In this document: in pieces, positions 27,223-37,681 of the stretch
Position numbering within the stretch: position 1 is the stretch's first letter
Layout: each line of letters starts with the position of its first letter
IMG/VR virus record: IMGVR_UViG_3300042887_001883
Span: 10,198-74,197 of that record
Strand: one strand, 5' to 3'
Source of the DNA: a virus
DNA length: 64,000 nucleotides
Position numbers and translations under genes: made by a program
Notes under the pieces: model-generated
The model's database searches: none
Told to the model about the DNA's origin: nothing
Seen by the model: only the letters and a program-made list of their open reading frames with translations

Positions 27223-28731
27223 ATGACAAATTATAATAGATATATCCCCGAACCAATACTCCAAAATAGTGCTTTTCAATTATCAAATGATGATAAAGCT
27301 AATAGATTAATGAATGATTATGTCACTGAAGGTCTTATCATCGGTGGCACCCCTATTAAAGTATTTAAATTATTAGGAATTCATGAACAAAAATCATTAA
27401 CCGCATTAGATGGTAAATTAATAACTAATGGTGAATATCCTGATTATCCTATCCTAAATCTAAAATCTGATGATTGTACCGAATGGCGTTCTATTAAATA
27501 TTGTGGGACCCGTTCACCAGATACCTTTATAGGGTATGATTTTGGTCCTATCCTTTATGAAGATGGTGGTACAAAATATGCCATTGATACACAGAAAAAA
27601 TATCATGTCACCTCTATATTCATTCAACAAGGTGAACTATCTAAAAATAGAATAACTAAAGCTAGAATAGAAAATTCGGAAGATGGTAAATCATGGAAAG
27701 GTGTTTCATTAGTTAACCTTCATGATGATGAAAATGAACATTGGCTAGATATTAAACAATCATTTCCTGCTAGATACTGGAGAATAGTTCCTATTGTTTA
27801 TATTGGTACCGAAAATGATTTGTGGATTGTTAAAAAATTTGCATTATCCGAATATCTAAAAACAAGTATTACCAATATCCAAGATAGTATCTTTATGGAA
27901 AATAGAGACCGTGCCTATTCTATGGACCCCATTGATATTAAAGCATATTATAGTTTAATAGATATTACCACAGATTTAACACAATATGGTATTCAATTAT
28001 CTGACCAATATACTTTTAAATTTGGGTTTAATTTAACCATCAATAAATTAAAAAGACCTATCGTCATTGGTGATATTTTAGAAATACCATGTGAAGTACA
28101 ATTTGATATCAATATGAATCCTGTTAGAAAATATCTTGAAATTACAGATGTTGGTTGGGATAGTGCAGGATTTACTCCAGGTTGGCAATCTACAATATAC
28201 TCAGTTATTGCAAAACCTATGTTAGCATCTCAAGAAACTATGGATATTGTTGGTGACTTAAATAATGATTTCTTTGAAAATGTACTAGATACCTATAATT
28301 CAACAGCTTTGAAAGTATCTAATAATGTTAAAGCTGAAGCTAATACCAATGTCCCCGAATTTGGGGCAAATATTAATGATACCATAACAATTCCTACTAA
28401 TATTATTGATAATGCTGCTAAATTTGGTGTTAATCTTAATAAATTAAATCCTGACCCATTAGGGTATGGTTTAGAAGATGCTATGCCTCCCAATAATGCC
28501 CCATATACGGAAGGTGATGAATATCCTAAAAAACCTAATAGTGGTGATTATCATAGATTAACCTATAGTAAATTATCTGACCCTATCCCACCTAGATTAT
28601 ATCAATATAGTTCTATTAAAAATAGATGGATATTCCTAGAATCGGATAAACGGTTTTCCTCTAATAGTAAAAAACCACAATTAAATGAATATTTGAATAG
28701 TGGCGTAGATATTACAAAAATTGTAAAGTAA
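27223..28731 (+). CDS. Neck/head-closure protein gp14-like with inserted discoidin (F5/8 type C)-like domain
   Basis: FMENRDRAY, DLTQYGI, RPIVIGDILEIP; insert FIGYDFG..ENSEDGKSW..ARYWRIVP. Confidence 0.6.
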   Translation: MTNYNRYIPEPILQNSAFQLSNDDKANRLMNDYVTEGLIIGGTPIKVFKLLGIHEQKSLTALDGKLITNGEYPDYPILNLKSDDCTEWRSIKYCGTRSPDTFIGYDFGPILYEDGGTKYAIDTQKKYHVTSIFIQQGELSKNRITKARIENSEDGKSWKGVSLVNLHDDENEHWLDIKQSFPARYWRIVPIVYIGTENDLWIVKKFALSEYLKTSITNIQDSIFMENRDRAYSMDPIDIKAYYSLIDITTDLTQYGIQLSDQYTFKFGFNLTINKLKRPIVIGDILEIPCEVQFDINMNPVRKYLEITDVGWDSAGFTPGWQSTIYSVIAKPMLASQETMDIVGDLNNDFFENVLDTYNSTALKVSNNVKAEANTNVPEFGANINDTITIPTNIIDNAAKFGVNLNKLNPDPLGYGLEDAMPPNNAPYTEGDEYPKKPNSGDYHRLTYSKLSDPIPPRLYQYSSIKNRWIFLESDKRFSSNSKKPQLNEYLNSGVDITKIVK

Positions 28732-28759
28732 AAAAAACCCCGCCTTGGCGGGGTTTTTT
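28731..28759. terminator. Bidirectional intrinsic terminator
   Basis: A-tract CCCCGCC-TT-GGCGGGG T-tract between convergent genes. Confidence 0.9.
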
Positions 28760-28771
28760 ATGACTATCTAC

Positions 28772-31423
28772 TTAGTTTGAAATAGAATCGCCAGTTCTTA
28801 CTAATGTGATTGGAATGTAAATGAATTCCACTGTTTTAGTAGGTTTCAATGCAATTTGAACTTCTAATTCATTTCTGTCAATCATATCGGCAGTATTGTT
28901 AGAAGAATCACATAGTACCGCAAATTCATATAATCCACGACCTACTTGAATACTATGTAAGAATGATGTTACAACTGATGTCAATCCTTTTCTAGTAATA
29001 TCATCATTAGGTTGCATTAAATAATTATATGCTATTTTTCTAACACCACGTCTAATATAGGCAACCATTCGGGAAACATTCAAACGGTCTAAAGATGAAT
29101 TGAATGCTAAATTAACTCTGGTTTTTTGACCCCAAACAGCAATACCATATTGTACCGAATCATGAATAGGATTGATATTACATGCATTATACAAACTATC
29201 TCTCATACCTTGATTCAATCGTACACGTTCGAAGGTTGCCGCAGATGTACCGATTGCACCATTTGCAGTATTAACATAACCTACCGCAGATACACTGGAA
29301 ATACCAGATAATGAACCACGGTTAGGACCAGCAGGTGCGGCCCATACATTACCAATACTATCACTATACGCCATGACAGTTAACGCCATTGCTGATGATG
29401 GACATAACACATCATAACCATCTAAATTAGATGTATAACCATGTGGATAGTAATATGCAATCAAACCACGGTTATCAGAACGAATATTATTACCAGTAGA
29501 AACAACAGAACTTTCATTAACTTGTTGTCCCCATCTAATAGCATCTCTTGGTGATAAGTCCATAGGAACATCACCAATAACAATAGTTTCTTGATTAACT
29601 CTATCAGCTAATGTCAATAATTCATCCGCTACTTCAGGAAAACCGGGGCATAACATGATATTGAATTCATAACCTTCAGAGGCAATATCACTACCAAATT
29701 CAGGTTTAATATCCATATTCAAACTAGCATTATCTTGAATTACTTGTGCTAAACGTCTAACTACTTCTAATCTACGGGTAGCATCGGTATTATTAGATGT
29801 TAAATTAAAACTACCAGATTGCAATGCATTAGATGGATGTGTAACAAAAAACCAACTATCAGTTTTAATATAATCACGGAATGCAGTATCTACCAAACTA
29901 CCAAATTGTGCAACACTCAAACCTTGTTTAGTATTAACAAAATTAGTAATATTTAATGAGCCGCCAAAGTTTGAAGTACCATTACCAACTAATGGCGATG
30001 ATGTGTTTGCTGCAACAGTTAATTCACCAATATTGGTCGTTACTGAAGTTAGTGTATCTGTATAGAAAATAGTGAATACTTTTCCATCAGTATTGGTAAA
30101 ATTGAATACATTGCCAGTTACTTCTTTGGCATATAACAAACTTTTCGTTACATCTTTGATAATACCAGTAAATTTACCAACAATGGTAGTACCGTGATAT
30201 CTGTTACCAGATACAACATAATCTACTGTTGCTACAGATTGTGTTGTAGCATTAGGTAATGATGCATCAGCAGGTGGTAAAAATACATTTTTTACATAAC
30301 CAGTGATTTGTAAAACATCATTATAACCAGAAGGTAATGATAATGTTAATGATGATGGTAATGTATTATAACTAACTGTTACTGAACCCAATGAATATGG
30401 ATGTAATTTAGATTCTAATAAACCTTTAGTACCAAAGAATGGAGTAGTTTTTGAAGAGTCATTAGTTAAAATGTCAGAAATAGCTGTTCTTACTTGGGTG
30501 TGAATAGTTCTAGCACCTTCTAATAAGATATCATGAACTTTTACATCTGATGTATATGATGATGCAGAACTACCGGTCAATGTTGTAGAATAGATAGGGT
30601 CTTGATATTTGAAATAAGTATATTTCATTCCATCAGGATTAGAACCATCTTTTGATATAGTATTGTAGAAATTACCACCTAGTACTGCTGATAAATTGAA
30701 TTTTAAATTAGCTGAATTGGTATATCTATCTTTGAATGAACTTGTTGATTGTGAATATTGTTCAATAGCTACATCAATAATTTCATCTAAAATATCATTA
30801 TAATATTCTTTACTAGCTACACCGGCATGATATGCTACGATGCTTGCTTTTTGTGCTGCCGATAATGTTGAGTCCGCAGTAGTACGAATTTCGCCAGTAG
30901 TGGTATCAATCAAATCTGATGTCAAGGTGAATAATTCATGCCCACCTAAGAATTGTTTTTCTGGGGATGTATCACCATTGTTACGTTGACTTAACTCTTG
31001 ACCAGCCAATTGTTTAGCAACATTTACTGCATCAACCGTAGATTTTTCCCATAATAATTGCAAACTTTCAACGTCATCATCCAAATCAATATTTGCACGA
31101 ATAACGTATGCACGACTACCAACTTTTAAAAATTGATTTAATGCTAATAAACCATATTCGTTTCTGCAATCACCATGATAAGGTTGGTCATAAACATCAC
31201 GATAAAAAACTGGTACACCATATAATTCAATACTTTCTCTTAATGATGTTACTAATCTCGGAACCCCAGCTTCAATCGTACCTTGCGCTAGGACGTTTGA
31301 ATTTGGTTGGGTCTTTCCATATTTGGTTGCGATAAAAAATAGAGGCACAGTATTGGAGGTGGTAGCAGTATAAATAGATTTATCTGTTACCGTCACCTGT
31401 ACGCCTGGGCTTAATAATGCCAT
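28772..31423 (-). CDS. gp18: Tail sheath protein
   Basis: LLSPGVQVTVTDKS, WAAPAGPNRG, WGQKT..SSLDRLNVSR, CDSSNNTADMIDRNEL..KPTKTVEFIYIP. Confidence 0.95.
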   Translation of the reverse strand: MALLSPGVQVTVTDKSIYTATTSNTVPLFFIATKYGKTQPNSNVLAQGTIEAGVPRLVTSLRESIELYGVPVFYRDVYDQPYHGDCRNEYGLLALNQFLKVGSRAYVIRANIDLDDDVESLQLLWEKSTVDAVNVAKQLAGQELSQRNNGDTSPEKQFLGGHELFTLTSDLIDTTTGEIRTTADSTLSAAQKASIVAYHAGVASKEYYNDILDEIIDVAIEQYSQSTSSFKDRYTNSANLKFNLSAVLGGNFYNTISKDGSNPDGMKYTYFKYQDPIYSTTLTGSSASSYTSDVKVHDILLEGARTIHTQVRTAISDILTNDSSKTTPFFGTKGLLESKLHPYSLGSVTVSYNTLPSSLTLSLPSGYNDVLQITGYVKNVFLPPADASLPNATTQSVATVDYVVSGNRYHGTTIVGKFTGIIKDVTKSLLYAKEVTGNVFNFTNTDGKVFTIFYTDTLTSVTTNIGELTVAANTSSPLVGNGTSNFGGSLNITNFVNTKQGLSVAQFGSLVDTAFRDYIKTDSWFFVTHPSNALQSGSFNLTSNNTDATRRLEVVRRLAQVIQDNASLNMDIKPEFGSDIASEGYEFNIMLCPGFPEVADELLTLADRVNQETIVIGDVPMDLSPRDAIRWGQQVNESSVVSTGNNIRSDNRGLIAYYYPHGYTSNLDGYDVLCPSSAMALTVMAYSDSIGNVWAAPAGPNRGSLSGISSVSAVGYVNTANGAIGTSAATFERVRLNQGMRDSLYNACNINPIHDSVQYGIAVWGQKTRVNLAFNSSLDRLNVSRMVAYIRRGVRKIAYNYLMQPNDDITRKGLTSVVTSFLHSIQVGRGLYEFAVLCDSSNNTADMIDRNELEVQIALKPTKTVEFIYIPITLVRTGDSISN

Positions 31424-31426
31424 AAT

Positions 31427-31518
31427 AAAACTCCTGAAAAATTGTACAATTTTTAATATTACTTATTTATGCAATTTTTCATAAATATGATTTATATAAT
31501 TATATTTTCAGGAGTTTT
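31427..31518. promoter_or_regulatory. Symmetric divergent control region: two CATAAATA late promoters and identical 14-nt SD boxes (TTTTCAGGAGTTTT)
   Basis: 31427-31440 and 31505-31518 are perfect inverted repeats; promoters at 31464-31471 (-) and 31480-31487 (+). Confidence 0.75.
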
Positions 31519-31524
31519 TTTAAT

Positions 31525-32142
31525 ATGGCAACTATACTCGATATCGGTATTGATAGTGCAAATATGGGTGTGTATCACCCAAAAATGAAAAATAGATGGA
31601 AAGTGGTTTTTTATCAACCTGGTATATCATCTGCAACCAATTCAGATGCATCTGTTCGTGATGCATTCACTATGCAATGTACAAAATTTGATAGACCAAA
31701 AGTATCTATGGAAGAAGTACAATTACATAGATATAACTCAGTTGTTAAAGTAGCACAATCAAAATATTCATTCGGTGATATTAATATGACCATTGAAGAT
31801 GATGTTACCAACAATGCAGCTAAAAAATTGCAAGGTTTATTTGAAAATCAACAAATGTTGATTGGCCAACGTTCTAATCCTTTAATGCGTACTGCTAGAA
31901 CCGCTAGTGAATATAAATTTGGTTGTTCTTTTCAAATGTTGGATGGTGGTGATGATTATGTAGAACAATGGAACCTTTCAGGTTGCTGGTTCAAAAATAT
32001 TGATTGGGGCGATATGGATTATTCTGATGGTGGTATTGTTACTATTAGTATCACATTGTCTATTGACCATGCGCAACAAATATTTGGTAACCTACTCACC
32101 TCTAATGGCCAATCTAGTAATTCGGCAATCGGCGGATTATAA
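31525..32142 (+). CDS. gp19: Tail tube protein
   Basis: PKMKNRWKV, DRPKVSMEEV, EQWNLSGCW..IDWGDMDYSD..ISITLSID. Confidence 0.88.
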   Translation: MATILDIGIDSANMGVYHPKMKNRWKVVFYQPGISSATNSDASVRDAFTMQCTKFDRPKVSMEEVQLHRYNSVVKVAQSKYSFGDINMTIEDDVTNNAAKKLQGLFENQQMLIGQRSNPLMRTARTASEYKFGCSFQMLDGGDDYVEQWNLSGCWFKNIDWGDMDYSDGGIVTISITLSIDHAQQIFGNLLTSNGQSSNSAIGGL

Positions 32143-32148
32143 AATTTT

Positions 32149-33390
32149 ATGAGCATGTTTAGTTTACTTAACAATTTTGAAAAAGATATTGTTCAACAAA
32201 CTACCAATGCTGCTGTACTTGGCGTTGTTAATAATACTATACCAAATAATAGTCAACAATTATTAGAGACTGATAAAACTACTTACACCAATACAGCCTC
32301 GAAAGAAATGTTGGAATATCTTGGTATCAATACTAATAACGCCAAATATTTAACCGTTACACAACAAACTATTATTGATGATGCAAAGAATGCAGCCTCA
32401 AGAATCGTTGATGCAAAAGTAAATGGGTCATTGACAGAAAATAATGTTCAACAAATATCTAGTTATATTAGCAATGAAGCATTAAAATATAATACCTCAC
32501 CATTAGGTCAAGTTGCCAATGATGTGAATATCATTTCAGATGCCCAAGCAACTCTAATAAAGTCAGTGACACCCACTACTTTAGCATATGCCAATCCTAC
32601 ACAACCACCTGCCGATTCTACCAATACTAATAAACCAGATGCTGCGAATGATTATACCAGTGCAAATGGAACTATTGGATTATTATCTAGTAGTTTTAAT
32701 TATGCCCAAGTATTAAATAGTTTCCCACCTAAGGCAAAATTTACATATATTGTAGAATTTATATTCTATTCAGAATATGACCAAGATGTACCTAGTAATT
32801 TTGTATCATTAACAAAAAAATTCGATAGACCAGAAATCTCTATAGAATATGAAGAAGTTAATTATTATAACTTCAGAACAAATGTTCCAAAGAAAACAAA
32901 TTATGGTCCAGTATCCGTAGAATTACATGATGATGTACAAAATGAATCAATGAATTTTGTCGTTTCCTATTTAAGACGAATTAGTCCATTATTCAATCAA
33001 CAATATACTACAACACTAGAACAAAATGGTATGAATCCTGAAAATTCGTCAGCTTCATATGGACTTTACACCCAATACGATAATACTAATATTATTCAAT
33101 CTATTAACGTTTATCATCTATACAACATGTCTAATACCATGGATAAACATACATTCAATAATCCAAAAATCGAAAAGGTGTCTATGTCAGAATTAAATAT
33201 GGCAGAAACTGATGGTAGCACAATTTCTTTATCTTTCATATATGATAACTATTTCTTAAATACTGGTATTAAAACAGATATTCCAAATAATCCATTAGAC
33301 TTCCCAGAATTAAAAGCATTGTATCCAGATTCTAAAACATTCCACGGGGCACAATATGATAAAAAGTTTACAAATTATACAAATAGATAA
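32149..33390 (+). CDS. Tube-fold protein (tube initiator/second tube paralog) with N-terminal extension
   Basis: PKAKFTYIVEF, FDRPEISIEYEEVNYYN, YGPVSVELHDD, ISLSFIYD. Confidence 0.7.
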   Translation: MSMFSLLNNFEKDIVQQTTNAAVLGVVNNTIPNNSQQLLETDKTTYTNTASKEMLEYLGINTNNAKYLTVTQQTIIDDAKNAASRIVDAKVNGSLTENNVQQISSYISNEALKYNTSPLGQVANDVNIISDAQATLIKSVTPTTLAYANPTQPPADSTNTNKPDAANDYTSANGTIGLLSSSFNYAQVLNSFPPKAKFTYIVEFIFYSEYDQDVPSNFVSLTKKFDRPEISIEYEEVNYYNFRTNVPKKTNYGPVSVELHDDVQNESMNFVVSYLRRISPLFNQQYTTTLEQNGMNPENSSASYGLYTQYDNTNIIQSINVYHLYNMSNTMDKHTFNNPKIEKVSMSELNMAETDGSTISLSFIYDNYFLNTGIKTDIPNNPLDFPELKALYPDSKTFHGAQYDKKFTNYTNR

Positions 33391-33824
33391 TGGCCAGATT
33401 CCAACAAGGTCTATACGTACCTAAAAATCCCGAAAAATATATCGGCGATGTTACCAAAATTAGATATATGTCTTCCTGGGAATTATCTATGCATAAATTC
33501 CTTGATAATAATATTAGAATTCTAAAATGGTCTTCTGAAACTATCGCAATACCCTATATAAAACCCACCGATAATAAAATTCACAAATATTATCCAGATT
33601 ACTTCGTAGAATATGTTGATAAATCTAATAAAATTAGAAGAATCATCATAGAAGTTAAACCACATGCCCAAACCAGAAAGACTAGAGCACGTTCAGAAAA
33701 AAATAGACTATATGAAAATGTTCAATATAGTGTCAATATTGCCAAATGGGCGGCAGCCAAAGACTTCTGTAAACAACATGGTTTAGAATTCCAAATTGTT
33801 ACAGAAAAAAATATGTTTTCATAA
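33390..33824 (+). CDS. gp4: Head completion nuclease gp4-like (TnsA-like PD-(D/E)XK)
   Basis: PKNPEKYIGD..SSWE..WSSE..YYPDY..IEVKP..KWAAA. Confidence 0.92.
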   Translation: MARFQQGLYVPKNPEKYIGDVTKIRYMSSWELSMHKFLDNNIRILKWSSETIAIPYIKPTDNKIHKYYPDYFVEYVDKSNKIRRIIIEVKPHAQTRKTRARSEKNRLYENVQYSVNIAKWAAAKDFCKQHGLEFQIVTEKNMFS

Positions 33825-33872
33825 TCACTATTTTTACAGATAAATATTCATTTTACTTACTAATGTATTATT

Positions 33873-34283
33873 ATGTCTGAAAAATTTGTAAATCATTCAT
33901 TTGAATCTCTATTTGATATTGAAGATGGTACTACCGTCATCGAACAAGAATCGTTACCCGTTGTACATAATTCAGAATGTGAATTATACGATAACAAAGA
34001 TTCTGAAATAGAAGAACAATATCAAATCATCTTTAATGCTGCCTTACAGGCATACTCTAATCAAATTGTAGCTATTGAACGTGGCGGTGACCCGGCTACT
34101 AATCATAAGGTATTAGATGTTGCTAATAACTTTTTAAAAACTGCACTAGAATCTACCAAAGCTAAAGCAGAATTGAAAAAATCTAAAGATAAAAATATTA
34201 TTGCATCATCTACCAAAAATATTACCAATAATAATCTTATCATTGACCGTAACGAATTGTTAAAACAATTACTTAATAATTGA
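33873..34283 (+). CDS. terS: Terminase small subunit
   Basis: Size, helical core, C-terminal ITNNNLII..ELLKQL as in T4 gp16; upstream of TerL; GATAAATA at 33839-33846. Confidence 0.6.
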   Translation: MSEKFVNHSFESLFDIEDGTTVIEQESLPVVHNSECELYDNKDSEIEEQYQIIFNAALQAYSNQIVAIERGGDPATNHKVLDVANNFLKTALESTKAKAELKKSKDKNIIASSTKNITNNNLIIDRNELLKQLLNN

Positions 34284-34302
34284 TAATGGTAGAAATATTG
34301 TT

Positions 34303-34330
34303 GAAAAGCCTCCCCGAAGGGAGGCTTTTC
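34303..34330. terminator. Bidirectional intrinsic terminator
   Basis: GAAAAGCCTCCC-CGAA-GGGAGGCTTTTC. Confidence 0.85.
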
Positions 34331-34372
34331 TTATAGTTGTTAGCCTTTAATAATAGTAAATCTTATTAAAGG

Positions 34373-35863
34373 CTATCCATAATTTGCAAACTCACCATGA
34401 TATGCTGAAGCAGCCTCACAGTAGGCTTGGTGAGCATCTTCAGGAGTTGGGAAGAATCCTAGACTAACTGTTTTTCCATTATTATCTCTAATGACAGATT
34501 TCCAAGTATTATTATCAACTTTCTGGACACCTTTATATCCTGTGGTATTATGTGATTTCTTACCAATATTTTGCACATTTTGACGAGGGGTGGCTTCTCT
34601 CAAATTATCCCAATTATTATTAAGTTTATCACCATCAATATGGTCAATAAATTTATCCGTGTCCTTACCTGTCATTAATTTCCAAATAACTCTATGTAAG
34701 AGATATGTGCTATAATTAATAGTAAATCTATAATATCCATGCGAATTAATGGTATTAATTTCTTTACCAGCCGTTTGTGAATTGGTAGTAATCATATTAC
34801 TACTATTTTTAAAATGGTGTAATGGGCGTTCTTTCCATACTGCTATACCAGTTTCTGGATTGTAATCAATACATTCTTTTAAATATTCTAATGATAAATC
34901 AGCTAATTCTGTTTTTTTAGCATCATTTGTTCTACCTACTGATGCTTCACGCAAATTTTCGAATCTATTGTTTAGTTTATTACCATCAATATGTTCAATT
35001 GTATTAGTAGGATATTCACCATTCATCAATTTCCAAATAACGCGATGTGCATAATTTTTTATACCATTAACTTTAAATGAAATATACCCATTACCAGAAA
35101 TTCCAACAATAATGGTTCCGGGATACTTATTATTAAACTCATTACATTTACCAACAGTATTAAAATGGTGTACTGGTCTTGTTTTCCATATCAATTCACC
35201 AGTTTCTTTGTTATATTCCACACATTCATTTATATAATCTAATGATAATTCATTAGATGTTTTTTTCTTTTTATCGAAAATACTACCTGCATTTTCATTA
35301 AATATTGGCATATGATTTCCATAATTCGCAAATTTCCCATGCAATTCTCTTGCAGCAGTACAATATGCTGCATATGCTTCATCTTCTGTACGATATGTAC
35401 CTAATTCATAAGTAACACCGTTATTTTTAATTTGTGCTCGATAACGATTAGTGGATTTTTTATATGACACACCTTTCTTTTTATCACTATTCAATTGTGT
35501 ATTTCTATTACTGTTGTTATTAGATGATGATGCTTCTCTCAAATTATCCCATTTATTATTTAATGGGTCATTATCAATATGGTCGATACTATCGGTAGGG
35601 TCACTATGTGTCACATATTTCCAAATCAATCTATGTAATGAATACCGTTGACCGTTTAATACAATGTGTACATAACCATTGGCATGTGGTTGAACATCAA
35701 TAACAGTATTAGCACGTTTTTTATTTTCTCGTTCCATGACATGTTCATTCGCATAATGATGTAATGGACGCGATTTCCATGTGCAAAGACCTGTATTTTT
35801 ATCATAATCGAAACATTCGTGAATAAATTCTACTGATGGTATTTTTTTTACTATTGTTGCCAT
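34373..35863 (-). mobile_element. Free-standing homing endonuclease gene, HNH-AP2-HNH-HNH-AP2
   Basis: Three HR(L/V)IWK..(D/E)HID...NN...NLREA motifs, two KGV..LG...EDxAxxAYCxAA..HGxFANYG AP2 domains; start reset to MATIVKK (AAGGA SD). Confidence 0.88.
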
Positions 35864-35900
35864 AATTTTAAATCCTTTGTATCTAGTTAAATGAGATTTC

Positions 35901-35928
35901 ATTATACCATATTTATTTTGTTTGTCAA
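35901..35928 (-). promoter_or_regulatory. sigma70 consensus promoter TTGACA-N16-TATAAT (extended -10) for the HNH gene
   Basis: Perfect hexamers read directly. Confidence 0.8.
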
Positions 35929-36025
35929 TCGGGGAAGAGTACGGTTAATAAAAAATATTATGTTGGTAATTTATGAAAATAAATATTGTTTTATAAATCA
36001 ATAAATTACGAAAAGGAATTAATTT

Positions 36026-37672
36026 ATGTCATCCAATATTTTGTTAAAAAAATCAGGCATCGTTGACGAATATTCACGAGACCAAGTAAAAGAAATGCTG
36101 TTATGTGCTACCGACCCTAAATATTTCATAGAAACATATTGCAAAATCGTACATCCAATTAAAGGTTTAGTACCATTTGCATTATATGATTACCAAAAAG
36201 AAATGGTGGATATGTTTCATCACAATCGTTATTTCATTGGAGTCCTCAGCAGACAAATGGGGAAAAGTCAGCTCTCATGTGCATATATGTTGTGGTATGC
36301 TATCTTCAGCCCACTCAAAACTATTTTAATCGTTTCTAATAAATCAGCAGGTAGTAAAGAAATGATTAATCGTATAATTTTCATGTATGAACATTTACCA
36401 CATTGGTTAAAACCCGGCATTAATGAAAATAATTGGAATAAAACATCGATAGCATTCGATAATGGTAGTAAAATTATCGCTGAAGCTACTACAGAAAACT
36501 CTGGTCGTGGTTTCGCTATTAGTATGGTATACATGGACGAATTTGCATTCGTTAATCCAAATATTGCAGAATTGTTCTGGACATCTATTTCCCCAGTAAT
36601 TAATTCTGGTGGTAAATGTATTATCACATCTACTCCTAATGGTTCAGATAATTTATTTGCGGAATTGTATAGAGGGTCAGAAAACGGTTCTAATGGATTC
36701 GTGAATCTATTTGTCACTTGGGATAAAATGCCTGGAAGGGATGCTAAATTTAGAGAAGATGAGATTGCCAAAATCGGTGATTTAAAATTCCGCCAAGAAT
36801 ATGAATGTGAATTCATCTCCTCAGACCCTCTCTTATTCTCCTCTATATTTGTAGCATCTTATAAGGTACCACAGCAACCTTCTCCTGATGCTAGAGGAAT
36901 ATTGTGGTACGAAGAATTAGAAAGGAATAATACCTATTTGATAGCTATGGACCCGGCTACCGGGTCAGGGTCAGATTTTACAGTAATGGTCATGTATAGT
37001 TTTCCAGAATTGAAACAGGTTGCAGAATTTCGTTCTAATACAACATCAACCTCTGCAGTATATAACATATTGAAATATATGTTAAAATGTTTAATGGCTA
37101 AGAGGGTCGAGAATGTTTATTGGAGTTTTGAAAATAATGGATTGGGTGAATCTATTATTGCATTATATGAGGCTGATGAAAATCCAGTAGACTGTGGTGA
37201 ATTATTGTCCGAATCTGGTAAGAAACGGATAGGGTTTGCTACTACTGGAAAATCTAAACCTAAACACTGTATGAACTTGAAAAATCTTTTTGAAGGTGGT
37301 AAACTTAAAGTACGGTCTGCACAGACTGTTACAGAGATGAAACATTTCATACGTCGAAATGGTTCTTATGCTGCCAGAAATGGTAGTACTGATGATACTA
37401 TTTCAGCACATATCATATTATTGAGAATTTTAGAAGAATTGGTACAATATGAAGATAAGGCATATGCTTTAATGTATGAAGATGATTTTATAAATGAATT
37501 TGAAAATGAAGACTCTTATGATGCTCCCCCAGCTATTGTAGGTAGTGGTGATGGTGAAGATTTTATGGATTATAGAAATCCTTGGGGGAATATGGAAGAT
37601 AAATGGAAAGATGACGCATCCGAGTATCATGAAAATTATAATAATGCTTTGGTTAATAATCCTTACCTGTAA
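36026..37672 (+). CDS. terL: Terminase large subunit (T4 gp17-like)
   Basis: PFALYDYQ, Walker A SRQMGKS, Walker B VYMDEFAF, TSTPNG, FRQEYECEF, nuclease MDPATG and DDTI. Confidence 0.97.
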   Translation: MSSNILLKKSGIVDEYSRDQVKEMLLCATDPKYFIETYCKIVHPIKGLVPFALYDYQKEMVDMFHHNRYFIGVLSRQMGKSQLSCAYMLWYAIFSPLKTILIVSNKSAGSKEMINRIIFMYEHLPHWLKPGINENNWNKTSIAFDNGSKIIAEATTENSGRGFAISMVYMDEFAFVNPNIAELFWTSISPVINSGGKCIITSTPNGSDNLFAELYRGSENGSNGFVNLFVTWDKMPGRDAKFREDEIAKIGDLKFRQEYECEFISSDPLLFSSIFVASYKVPQQPSPDARGILWYEELERNNTYLIAMDPATGSGSDFTVMVMYSFPELKQVAEFRSNTTSTSAVYNILKYMLKCLMAKRVENVYWSFENNGLGESIIALYEADENPVDCGELLSESGKKRIGFATTGKSKPKHCMNLKNLFEGGKLKVRSAQTVTEMKHFIRRNGSYAARNGSTDDTISAHIILLRILEELVQYEDKAYALMYEDDFINEFENEDSYDAPPAIVGSGDGEDFMDYRNPWGNMEDKWKDDASEYHENYNNALVNNPYL

Positions 37673-37681
37673 ATAGGATAA

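Noticed and set aside
36026-37672. Intron or intein in terL
   Set aside because: Continuous 548-aa ORF with normally spaced ATPase and nuclease motifs and no intein termini
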